From NCBI GenBank assembly GCA_046294845.1, contig JBKBNU010000002.1, forward strand, positions 10,940 through 74,939: a stretch of 64,000 nucleotides of DNA, in the 5' to 3' direction. Position 1 is the stretch's first letter. Every line of letters starts with the position of its first letter. Position numbers and translations under genes: made by a program. Below, piece by piece: positions 23,918 to 30,928 of this stretch. The stretch is from Micavibrio sp. (GTDB lineage Bacteria; Pseudomonadota; Alphaproteobacteria; Micavibrionales; Micavibrionaceae). The notes under the pieces are model-generated. The model was not told the DNA's origin. It saw only the letters and a program-made list of their open reading frames with translations, and made no database searches.

Positions 23918-25090
23918 ATGATAAAAGAAAATACCATATATCTTGATTTTCAGGCATCGACCCCTGTGCGTCCTGAAGTAATGGCTGCTATGCAACCTTA
24001 CTTCTCCGAATTATACGGCAATCCCCACGCCAACGACCACATAAAAGGGTGGGAAGCAAACAAAGCTGTGGAGAATAGCCGCTTTAAAATCGCGCGAGCC
24101 ATAGGCGCAGATGAGGATGAAATCGTTTTCACTTCCGGGGCCACGGAAGCGAACAACATGGCTTTGAAGGGGCTGGAGAAGTACCTGCAGGCAATAGGCA
24201 GAGACACTATTCTTGTCAGCACCATTGAGCATAAATGTATTCTGGAATCAGCTGCATATATGAAGGAGCGCGGCTTTCAAGTCACGCATGTACGGCCCAA
24301 TTCTGACGGTATAGTTACAATAGATGCCTTAGAGCACGCAATGACGGACAGGGTAGGACTAGTTAGCGTCATGCTCGTAAATAATGAAATCGGCACGGTA
24401 CAGCCCGTTCAGGAATTGGCCCAAATTACCCACAAGCACGGGGCGCTGTTCCACACGGACGCTGCGCAAGCACCTGTTTTCATGGCCCTAGATATGGACG
24501 AGTTGGGCGTAGATTTTATGAGCCTATCGAGCCACAAGGCATACGGCCCTAAAGGAATAGGCGCTCTCTACATCCGTAGGGACCTTAAAGATAAACTACA
24601 GCCCCTAATGCACGGCGGCGGGCAAGAGGACGGGCTGAGATCAGGAACCTTGCCGACCGCACTTTGTATTGGTATGGCCGCTGCCCTGGAATTATGCGCC
24701 GCGGAGAATGAAACCAACGCTCAAAAGCTTGGAAAGCTTTCGCATCAATTCTGGCAACAGTTAAAAGGCAGTATTCCCGAAGCTATTCTTAACGGGTCAC
24801 ATACATTAAGGCATCCCGGAAACCTGAATATTTTATTTCCCAGAATAAAGGCATCGCACTTTCTTCAATCCCTGCAACCTAATATTGCTGCGTCTACAGG
24901 CTCAGCATGTAATAGCGGCATCGAAAACCCGTCATATGTTCTGGCAGAGATCGGACTCGACCTACAAGAAGCTTCAGCCTGCATCCGATTCAGTTTTGGA
25001 ATTAACCAAACACCGGAGCAGATCGGGAATGCAGCCACTATCATCTGCAGGGTTTATAAGGAACAGTCTGCAGACCCGTTTGCAGCATGA
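23918..25090 (+). CDS. sspA: Cysteine desulfurase (NifS/IscS class; SspA/DndA-like)
   Basis: 390 aa. PLP-lysine motif SSHKAYGPKGIGALY, GATEANN, and active-site loop STGSACNSG. Confidence 0.88.
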   Translation: MIKENTIYLDFQASTPVRPEVMAAMQPYFSELYGNPHANDHIKGWEANKAVENSRFKIARAIGADEDEIVFTSGATEANNMALKGLEKYLQAIGRDTILVSTIEHKCILESAAYMKERGFQVTHVRPNSDGIVTIDALEHAMTDRVGLVSVMLVNNEIGTVQPVQELAQITHKHGALFHTDAAQAPVFMALDMDELGVDFMSLSSHKAYGPKGIGALYIRRDLKDKLQPLMHGGGQEDGLRSGTLPTALCIGMAAALELCAAENETNAQKLGKLSHQFWQQLKGSIPEAILNGSHTLRHPGNLNILFPRIKASHFLQSLQPNIAASTGSACNSGIENPSYVLAEIGLDLQEASACIRFSFGINQTPEQIGNAATIICRVYKEQSADPFAA

Positions 25091-25154
25091 CAAAAGAGCG
25101 CCGGAAATATACAGCGAAAAATTGATAACGATGCGCCTAAGGAAAATTTCATAT

Positions 25155-26444
25155 CTATAGCTCCTCCCAAAGAATTGGATCGTATTTACTATCAATCAAA
25201 AGATGCACGCCTAAGATCTTTCTCTTTTCTTGCTCATTAAGGCTTCTTAATTGCGCGTAATATGAGTTAAAGTACTCAGCAATCTCCTCTGTAAGTGCAT
25301 CGTCCATATCCTTAAACGCATTCTTGTTATTACAGAAAGAATACTGATTACCCCAGCCCTTTAACTTGTTGTGCGCCAATTTCAACGTGTTCACCAAAGT
25401 GTAATCCCGGCTATCTGCCAAACTTGAAGAACGGAAATTCTTAAGCCGGCTCTCCTGAAACAACTCTTTAATTTCATTCTTAATTTTACTGCGAGCCTTC
25501 TTGCTCGGAAAAATACTCCCAGAGTGCAATCTAACCCCTAGAAAATCTATGCCAGAGGCTACATTACCTTTGGCAGCTTTATCAGCATCATCAAATTTTT
25601 CATGCAGATCTAAGCCTAATTCTTTTAGATGTTTGCGACCTTTATTGAAGGCCTTCTCTGCTAAGGTTTTATTCTTAGCCAAAATTAGTAAATCGTCTAT
25701 ATAACGTATGCAAACAACAGCATCCGTATTCATCATTTGATCAAATTCATATAGCAGAATATTGCCCATTAGGGGTGATAGGCACGATCCTTGGGCGACA
25801 CCCTTCTCCTTAGAAGGAAATAAATTCAATACCTCTCTTAAATCATCTTCATTCTTGAGCTGAACCATCAGCGCATTTCTTATTAACTCTATAAACTTCT
25901 GATCTTTCAAATCACGCTGAAGAATTTGCAAAACTTTTTCTTGGGAGATGTTTGAGAAAAAACTCTTAATATCTGAACGGATATAATAATTACTACCGTT
26001 CTTGATAGCTCTAGCTGCCGCCTCAATAGCTTCTGGAACACCCCTTAACTTTGATTCCTGGTATCCCTCAGGTCTTCTAACTCCACCAAAGCTAAAGGGA
26101 AACGCAAGATACTTTTGAATTTGGGGAGCACCTTGAAGAACATCCAAAATAGCACGCTGGACGATACGGCTTCTTAAAGAGGGAATGACAATAGGCCTTG
26201 GCTTCTTCTTACCAGGTGCTTTTATCAAAATCCCTTTAGAATGATCAAAAATAAAGCGGTCCTCTCTAAGCTCTCTTTGTATTTTAGATAGAACCTTAGT
26301 AATTTCTTTTTTAGCTTGTTTGACTTCATCATTAATTTCAGCAGATTTAGATGTGAGTCCATTATCATAGACCTGCCACCATGCCGGCATGAGATAGTTA
26401 GGAGCTGATCGGAGCTGTTTGTAAAAATCTTGTTTTTTCTTCAT
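25155..26444 (-). CDS. Free-standing group-II-intron-like reverse transcriptase (RT + thumb, no endonuclease domain)
   Basis: 429 aa. RT0 AWWQVYDNG, RT1/2 KKKPRPIVIPSLRSRIVQRA, RT3 SDIKSFFSNI, RT4 GVAQGSCLSPLMGNILL, RT5 IRYIDDLLILA (YIDD), RT7 GIDFLGVRL, maturase-like thumb LKGWGNQYSF. Only 64 nt separate its stop from the convergent sspA stop. Confidence 0.9.
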   Translation of the reverse strand: MKKKQDFYKQLRSAPNYLMPAWWQVYDNGLTSKSAEINDEVKQAKKEITKVLSKIQRELREDRFIFDHSKGILIKAPGKKKPRPIVIPSLRSRIVQRAILDVLQGAPQIQKYLAFPFSFGGVRRPEGYQESKLRGVPEAIEAAARAIKNGSNYYIRSDIKSFFSNISQEKVLQILQRDLKDQKFIELIRNALMVQLKNEDDLREVLNLFPSKEKGVAQGSCLSPLMGNILLYEFDQMMNTDAVVCIRYIDDLLILAKNKTLAEKAFNKGRKHLKELGLDLHEKFDDADKAAKGNVASGIDFLGVRLHSGSIFPSKKARSKIKNEIKELFQESRLKNFRSSSLADSRDYTLVNTLKLAHNKLKGWGNQYSFCNNKNAFKDMDDALTEEIAEYFNSYYAQLRSLNEQEKRKILGVHLLIDSKYDPILWEEL

Positions 26445-26487
26445 CGGCTACCCAGACCCACAAGTTCATTTCCCTGGCCTGCCAAAG

Positions 26488-26612
26488 GGTTCCGCTTCTG
26501 GAGGAGTAACATTACTGCAACCTACCTCTACGCAAACTGCGTCCTGATAGCCTGCGGAGCATATTGCCTCCATATCTATGAAAGCGCCCGCGATAACCAT
26601 CAGCAGAAGAAG
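26488..26612. repeat. 125-bp direct repeat, copy 1 (RT-proximal)
   Basis: ggttccgcttctggaggagtaacattactg...catcagcagaagaag. Base-for-base identical by eye to 26843-26967. Confidence 0.95.
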
Positions 26613-26842
26613 CGTGCGAGTTGTGGAGTAAACCACCGCCAGGCACTTGCATACCGCAAAAGCGGCACGTTTTTGCATGTCATGCGCATAAAGCTCCCCA
26701 TCTTAGCCATCTTACCTTTTTAGCAAAAATGTCAAGCGGGGCGACATGGCCGCCTCTCCCGCGCCTACATAAAAGTCTAGCAGCCGTCTTGTGGATCCTG
26801 AAGCCAGGACAAATTACAGCGTTGTGCTCGACAGGCAGGCGA

Positions 26843-26967
26843 GGTTCCGCTTCTGGAGGAGTAACATTACTGCAACCTACCTCTACGCAAACTGCGTCCT
26901 GATAGCCTGCGGAGCATATTGCCTCCATATCTATGAAAGCGCCCGCGATAACCATCAGCAGAAGAAG
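26843..26967. repeat. 125-bp direct repeat, copy 2 (RT-distal)
   Basis: Identical to copy 1 at an offset of 355 bp. Flanks on both sides differ, so this is not a simple tandem duplication. Confidence 0.95.
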
Positions 26968-27045
26968 TTCCAAAATAATGCCAGAAACCCCAAAAAGACC
27001 CAAGAAGATTTATTGGCACCCCGAAAATCATTAACAGTAATAAAA

Positions 27046-27540
27046 TTACAACCAATTTACCCATGGAAAAATGAGATGAATTGAATGCCCTATCTCCGGA
27101 ATTAGGAGCAAAGAGCCAGCCATCGCTTGAAGTAAGCCCAGGCTTAAAAAGAAGGAGAGAATGGCTGGGAAGGAAGCCACAACCCGAGCCGTTTCATAGA
27201 GCCTCTTTTGAGAGAAATGAACCCCTAGCTGATTTTGTCTTTGTACGTATTTAAGCTGGCAAAAGAGATGAACAAAAAGCGCTCCCTGTATCGAACCTAG
27301 CAATGAAACAATATGAAAAATTATAAAAATCAATGAAAACGGGTACGCGACCGTAGCCTGCCATAAGTTCACATTTCCCGATAAATATGCTCCAGCAGCA
27401 CAATAAAGCACCCAGAGCGCTATTCCCGCTAAAGAAAGGCTTCCAATGCCAAGACCAACCTCGTTAGCGTATGGCTCCCAAAAATGCTCGCGTAGTACTT
27501 CACGTATCCTCTGATCACTCGGCTGCTTAATTTCTCTCAT
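27046..27540 (-). CDS. Hypothetical 4-TM membrane protein (first gene upstream of RT leader)
   Basis: 164 aa with an ATG start and four hydrophobic helices. Same strand as the RT. No family recognised. Confidence 0.55.
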   Translation of the reverse strand: MREIKQPSDQRIREVLREHFWEPYANEVGLGIGSLSLAGIALWVLYCAAGAYLSGNVNLWQATVAYPFSLIFIIFHIVSLLGSIQGALFVHLFCQLKYVQRQNQLGVHFSQKRLYETARVVASFPAILSFFLSLGLLQAMAGSLLLIPEIGHSIHLIFPWVNWL

Positions 27541-27548
27541 CTTTTTCC

Positions 27549-27582
27549 CAAAAAAATCACCAGAGCTAGATCTGCTCTGGTG
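27549..27582 (-). terminator. Rho-independent terminator-like hairpin abutting the RBS of the 4-TM gene
   Basis: On the minus strand, caccagagc-agatcta-gctctggtg (9-bp stem) is followed by a T-rich run (atttttttggg). It ends about 9 nt before the ATG at 27540. Confidence 0.6.
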
Positions 27583-27760
27583 ACCGGGAGTTTAGAAGCC
27601 GTTGTGACACAGCCGCGACGACCTTTAAGCCGAAGCTTTGGACATACGCCGCCGCCTCCCGGCCATAAGCCGAGGGCGACGTGAAGACACGGACACGTCA
27701 TCCGGTCACAATGGGGTTCTAAAGTCCCAGTCATCTTTGCAGACGACATAAGGCTTTATA
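27583..27760 (-). ncRNA. Candidate structured GC-rich leader / ncRNA
   Basis: Long-range pairing gtgaccgg/ccggtcac encloses hairpins gacgtg..cacgtc, cctcgg..ccgggagg and gcggcg..cgtcgc. The last has an inner aagc-UUCG-gctt tetraloop. No credible ORF is present. Class unknown. Confidence 0.3.
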
Positions 27761-27858
27761 GCCGATGTAATAATTAATGAAAACTCAATAATGAAGGGCT
27801 TCTAGAGGTCCTAAATAGCCCTCTAGACGTAATCAAATGTAATCAATGTCAGCATTTG

Positions 27859-28539
27859 TCAGTCAGGAATCCTATAACCCTTAAACCTAACCCCCGCCGC
27901 TTCTAGTGCGAGTTGGATCTCAGCACCAAAGCGATCCTGGCACATAGCCCTTTTGAAATCATTGGGGCATATAATCACGCCATCTACTTCTTGGAGATCC
28001 ATAATCCACGCTTGATATACGCCCTCGCCAAGCTTCTCCTTAAGCTCCTGCTTCCACAGCTCTGATGGAATAGGTACGAGCAGCGTAGCATGCCCTTCTG
28101 TAGGCAAGGATACGCTGCTTCTATTATCTGTCTTTAATCTTTGGATAGGATTGCGTTCGCATTTTTTTGGCAATGCATTTGCATTTCCCTTACCCCATCT
28201 TTTCAATGCATTAGCTCGATTTTCAGCGCTTCTATCATTCACTCTTTTAATAGCGTCCAAGCAAAATTCGTTAATTATACGAACGCCTTTATTCTTCCCT
28301 GAAGGAATTTCTTTGAAAGAAAATCTGCTTAATACGGTTTCGGATAATCCGCCATTCCAAACCTTGTCACTCACACGAGCTATTTGTGCGAGCTTCTTGG
28401 TGTCATAAGGCAAGCCGTCTTCGCCCTCTTGAAAATGAGCAAGTATAAGTAATGTAAACGCTCCAATATCGCGAGCGTTCATCCAGAGGATCTCACTACT
28501 GAAATCACCCACATTTAAGGGAAATGTATGACGTTTCAT
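27859..28539 (-). CDS. DUF1376 (YdaU-like) phage/island-associated protein
   Basis: 226 aa. The N-terminus FPLNVGDFSSEILWMNARDIGAFTLLILAHFQEG resembles the DUF1376 consensus. 1-nt overlap with the alpA-like gene's stop. Confidence 0.65.
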   Translation of the reverse strand: MKRHTFPLNVGDFSSEILWMNARDIGAFTLLILAHFQEGEDGLPYDTKKLAQIARVSDKVWNGGLSETVLSRFSFKEIPSGKNKGVRIINEFCLDAIKRVNDRSAENRANALKRWGKGNANALPKKCERNPIQRLKTDNRSSVSLPTEGHATLLVPIPSELWKQELKEKLGEGVYQAWIMDLQEVDGVIICPNDFKRAMCQDRFGAEIQLALEAAGVRFKGYRIPD

Positions 28540-28736
28540 TACATTTTTCCCAAGAGAGTACGATTTGTTATCCAGTTCTCTATATCAGATTCTAACCACC
28601 CGACAGAACGCTCACCTAATTTAATGGGCGTAGGAAACTTTGTGGGCATATAGGCATAGATAGAAGAACGAGATAAGCCTGTTTTCTTAATAACTTCCGG
28701 CAGCCTAAGTATTCGATTGTTCATATTTACCTCCAC
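28539..28736 (-). CDS. alpA: AlpA-family transcriptional regulator / excisionase-like
   Basis: 65 aa. RILRLPEVIKKTGLSRSSIYAYM...ERSVGWLESDIENWI is a typical AlpA/MerR-like helix-turn-helix. Confidence 0.8.
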   Translation of the reverse strand: MEVNMNNRILRLPEVIKKTGLSRSSIYAYMPTKFPTPIKLGERSVGWLESDIENWITNRTLLGKM

Positions 28737-28809
28737 TAGGATTTATCAAGATCCTAATGGAGCAGAAACATTATCCCGGAAACACTAGGGGGAAACCTTT
28801 CCGGGAAAA

Positions 28810-29451
28810 TTAATCATCAGCAATCATCTCTAAAAACATTTGATTAATAAGCATCAGAAAATGGGGAGCATTATTTGAAACATCCTCATCATTCAAAATA
28901 TTATGGTAGACGGCTACGAGACTAGTCTTAGTGGCTTCTACATATCTGTTTTGCAAGGTCTTCGGAGTAAGTACGTCCCCATTTGAACGAATATCGCACC
29001 AAGGGGGCTCTCTAAGTAAAAGGTCACATGCCCCAGAAATATTCTGGTTGCGAGCCGCCATCATGTTAGAAACATCAAAATAGAGCTTCGCTAATGCAAA
29101 CTCATTCCAGAAGGTGCCTCGACCACCCTCTTTTTCTTGAATAATCTTAAACCCCGGAACATGATCTTTAGCCAACTCAAGAGCCAAAGCTCTCCAGGCA
29201 CCGTCCTTTTTAGCAACTATATTGTGATGGCGCATTAACGCTGTCAGTTTTTTATTATACTCACATTCGACATGATGAACGGTAGCCATCAGCTCTTCCA
29301 GCTTTAGCCTAGCTTTTACAGCCTTAACCTCAGGAGTTTCTCCTCCATCCAAAATTGTTGACGGCGGAAATTCTCTCTTCGCAATTACAATAGGCTTATT
29401 AAGAATGCCTTTATATTGTCTTCTGAGTTGACCAGACTTTCTCGGCATCAT
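28810..29451 (-). CDS. Hypothetical island protein
   Basis: 213 aa on the same strand as the integrase. Its start region overlaps the integrase 3' end by 41 nt. No family recognised. Confidence 0.45.
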   Translation of the reverse strand: MMPRKSGQLRRQYKGILNKPIVIAKREFPPSTILDGGETPEVKAVKARLKLEELMATVHHVECEYNKKLTALMRHHNIVAKKDGAWRALALELAKDHVPGFKIIQEKEGGRGTFWNEFALAKLYFDVSNMMAARNQNISGACDLLLREPPWCDIRSNGDVLTPKTLQNRYVEATKTSLVAVYHNILNDEDVSNNAPHFLMLINQMFLEMIADD

Positions 29452-30658
29452 ATTTCTCCATTAATTTTTCAAGATGTTCAGCATACCAATCCATCATCCT
29501 ACGACGTTCGGCAAGATACTCTGCATGATTATAAACTCCGCGTACTTTATTTATCTCAACGTGAGCTAGCTGCCTCTCAATATGATCACGATTAAAACCA
29601 TGCTCATTCAAAATTGTAGAGGCGGTATGCCGAAATCCATGTGGTACGACTTTCCTTTCGCCTATGTAGCCCATGATTATTAGTACCTTAGTAAGGGTAA
29701 CGTCAGATATGGGTTTTTGGTTATTCTTAATACTAGGAAATAAAAGATCATGATTTCCAGTTATTTTCCTAAGTTCAGATAAAAGAGCCATTGCTTGGGG
29801 AGACAAAGGCACAACATGATCCCTGTCCATTTTCATTCTTTCTGCTGGGATCTTGAGTACAGCCTTGTCCTCATTCACATCATCCCAACGGGCATTACGT
29901 AGCTCACCGGGGCGCACAAAGGTAAGCACAAGCAACTGCATCGCTATGCGCACATAATCGCGCCCGTGGTAGCTGGAAAGCTTATTCAGAAACTCAGGTA
30001 ACTCATCCTCTTTCAAAAATGGGCGATTCTTTGCTTTTGGTTTTTTAATAAATTTTGCTCGCCCTAATGCCGGATTATCTTCACAGACACCCTTAACAAT
30101 CGCGTAGTCAAATATTCCTACACAGCGCTGGCAGATCCTCTGAGCCACATCATAAGCCCCTCTTGCCTGAACATTAGTGAGTACAGCAATTATATCTTGC
30201 CTCGACACATCAGTAACTTGCTTATTACCAAGGAATGGAAATACGTCATCCTCAAGAGAGCGTAAGATATTACTTGAATGCTTAGACACCCATGTACCTT
30301 TGCTGTGCCACTCACGTCCTAAAGACTCGAATGTTGTACTTTGGTCGCCGGGCGATTGAATTTGAGACTTTTTGTGCGCACTAGGATCAATACCTTGTGC
30401 TAACAGCATCCTTACTTCGTACCGCGCCATCCGCGCATCTTTTAACCCGACATGACCGGGAACGTCCTTTTGTATATACGGCCCAATAGTGTAAGTTTTG
30501 CGCCTATCCTTATATATATAATTGTAGTGCCAAACCTTTGTTCCAGACTTTCTAACCAGCAGACAAAGGCCTTCACGGTCATAGAGCTTGTAATCCTTCT
30601 CCCTGGGCTTAGCGGCAAGTATATCTTTATCGGTTAATCCTAGAGCTTTTTTCGGCAT
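29411..30658 (-). CDS. int: Tyrosine site-specific integrase (P4-type, DUF4102 arm-binding N-terminus)
   Basis: N-terminus LTDKDILAAKPREKDYKLYDREGLCLLVRKSGTKVWHYNY. Catalytic region has HGFRHT and LAHVE..VRGVYNH. I place the start at the internal Met (MPKKALGL, 30658) rather than the ORF-track start at 30745. Confidence 0.9.
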   Translation of the reverse strand: MPKKALGLTDKDILAAKPREKDYKLYDREGLCLLVRKSGTKVWHYNYIYKDRRKTYTIGPYIQKDVPGHVGLKDARMARYEVRMLLAQGIDPSAHKKSQIQSPGDQSTTFESLGREWHSKGTWVSKHSSNILRSLEDDVFPFLGNKQVTDVSRQDIIAVLTNVQARGAYDVAQRICQRCVGIFDYAIVKGVCEDNPALGRAKFIKKPKAKNRPFLKEDELPEFLNKLSSYHGRDYVRIAMQLLVLTFVRPGELRNARWDDVNEDKAVLKIPAERMKMDRDHVVPLSPQAMALLSELRKITGNHDLLFPSIKNNQKPISDVTLTKVLIIMGYIGERKVVPHGFRHTASTILNEHGFNRDHIERQLAHVEINKVRGVYNHAEYLAERRRMMDWYAEHLEKLMEKYDAEKVWSTQKTI

Positions 30659-30829
30659 ATTCGTTTCCTTTGCGGTACAGAAGCAAAATTGAACTGAATA
30701 TACCGTGTACTGTACCCTCAAAAATCTTGGAATAGGCTGATGCAAATAGGAAGCCCCTGGACACTAAAACCTGTTTATAGTTTTAGTTTCAAGGACTTAA
30801 AGACGATTTAGGATTGTATTGGAAGTTGA

Positions 30830-30846
30830 ATTGGTTGCGGGAGTAG
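30830..30846. repeat. Proximal island direct repeat (att core within tRNA 3' end)
   Basis: Exact copy of 11994-12010. Covers the 3' strand of the T-stem, the acceptor 3' strand and CCA of the tRNA remnant. Confidence 0.6.
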
Positions 30847-30874
30847 GATTTGAACCTACGACCTTCAGGTTATG
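30832..30874 (-). pseudogene. 3' fragment of a tRNA-Met(CAU)-like gene (anticodon loop to CCA); 5' half absent
   Basis: The minus strand reads ctCATaa-cctga-aggtc-gtagg-ttcaaat-cctac-tcccgca-a-cca. The expected 5' acceptor strand (tgcggga), D-arm and 5' anticodon stem (tcagg) are not present upstream. Confidence 0.7.
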
Positions 30875-30928
30875 AGACTGGACTTTAGACTGAAAGGAAG
30901 CATGCATGTGTATGTAAGGAGAATGTGC

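Larger units (their letters stand above)
11994..30846. mobile_element. ~18.9-kb integrase-bearing genomic (defence) island flanked by a 17-bp direct repeat
   Basis: attggttgcgggagtag occurs at 11994-12010 and 30830-30846. The right copy is the 3' end of a tRNA-like sequence beside a tyrosine integrase / AlpA / DUF1376 module. The interior is visibly more AT-rich than the flanks and is filled with defence-type genes. Confidence 0.65.

Noticed and set aside
26488-26967. DGR template/variable repeat pair or CRISPR-like array
   Set aside because: The two copies are identical, with no adenine-specific differences. Neither copy is at the 3' end of a plausible target gene. The RT motifs (QGSCLSP, YIDD, FLG, GW.N.Y) are group-II-like rather than DGR-like. 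Two 125-bp copies 230 bp apart do not form a CRISPR array.
25091-27045. Mobile group II intron interpretation of the RT locus
   Set aside because: Only 64 nt lie between the RT stop and the convergent sspA stop, so domains V/VI cannot be present. There is no En/D domain. A 125-bp direct repeat pair is not expected in intron domain I. I could not identify 5' GUGYG or domain V-like sequences by eye.
26430-27084. Plus-strand 97-aa ORFs (26430-26723 and 26791-27084) spanning the repeats
   Set aside because: They are mirror images of the open frame on the RT strand. They run antisense to the surrounding operon, have no RBS, and the first overlaps the RT start. I treat them as non-coding.
27537-27749. 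70-aa ORF on the minus strand
   Set aside because: It lies across the GC-rich hairpin region and the terminator. Its composition is Gly/Arg/Cys-rich as expected for a spurious ORF. The region is better explained as structured RNA.
29411-30745. ORF-track integrase start at 30745 (29 extra N-terminal residues)
   Set aside because: The extension (MHQPIPRFLRVQYTVYSVQFCFCTAKETN) precedes the conserved arm-binding N-terminus. The internal Met at 30658 (MPKKALGLTDKDI) matches the usual start of P4-type integrases.
30832-30908. Intact tRNA-Met gene
   Set aside because: Only the 3' ~43 nt fit a cloverleaf. The positions where the 5' acceptor strand, D-arm and 5' anticodon stem should be (catgcatgcttcctttcagtctaaagtccagt) cannot pair with the 3' half.
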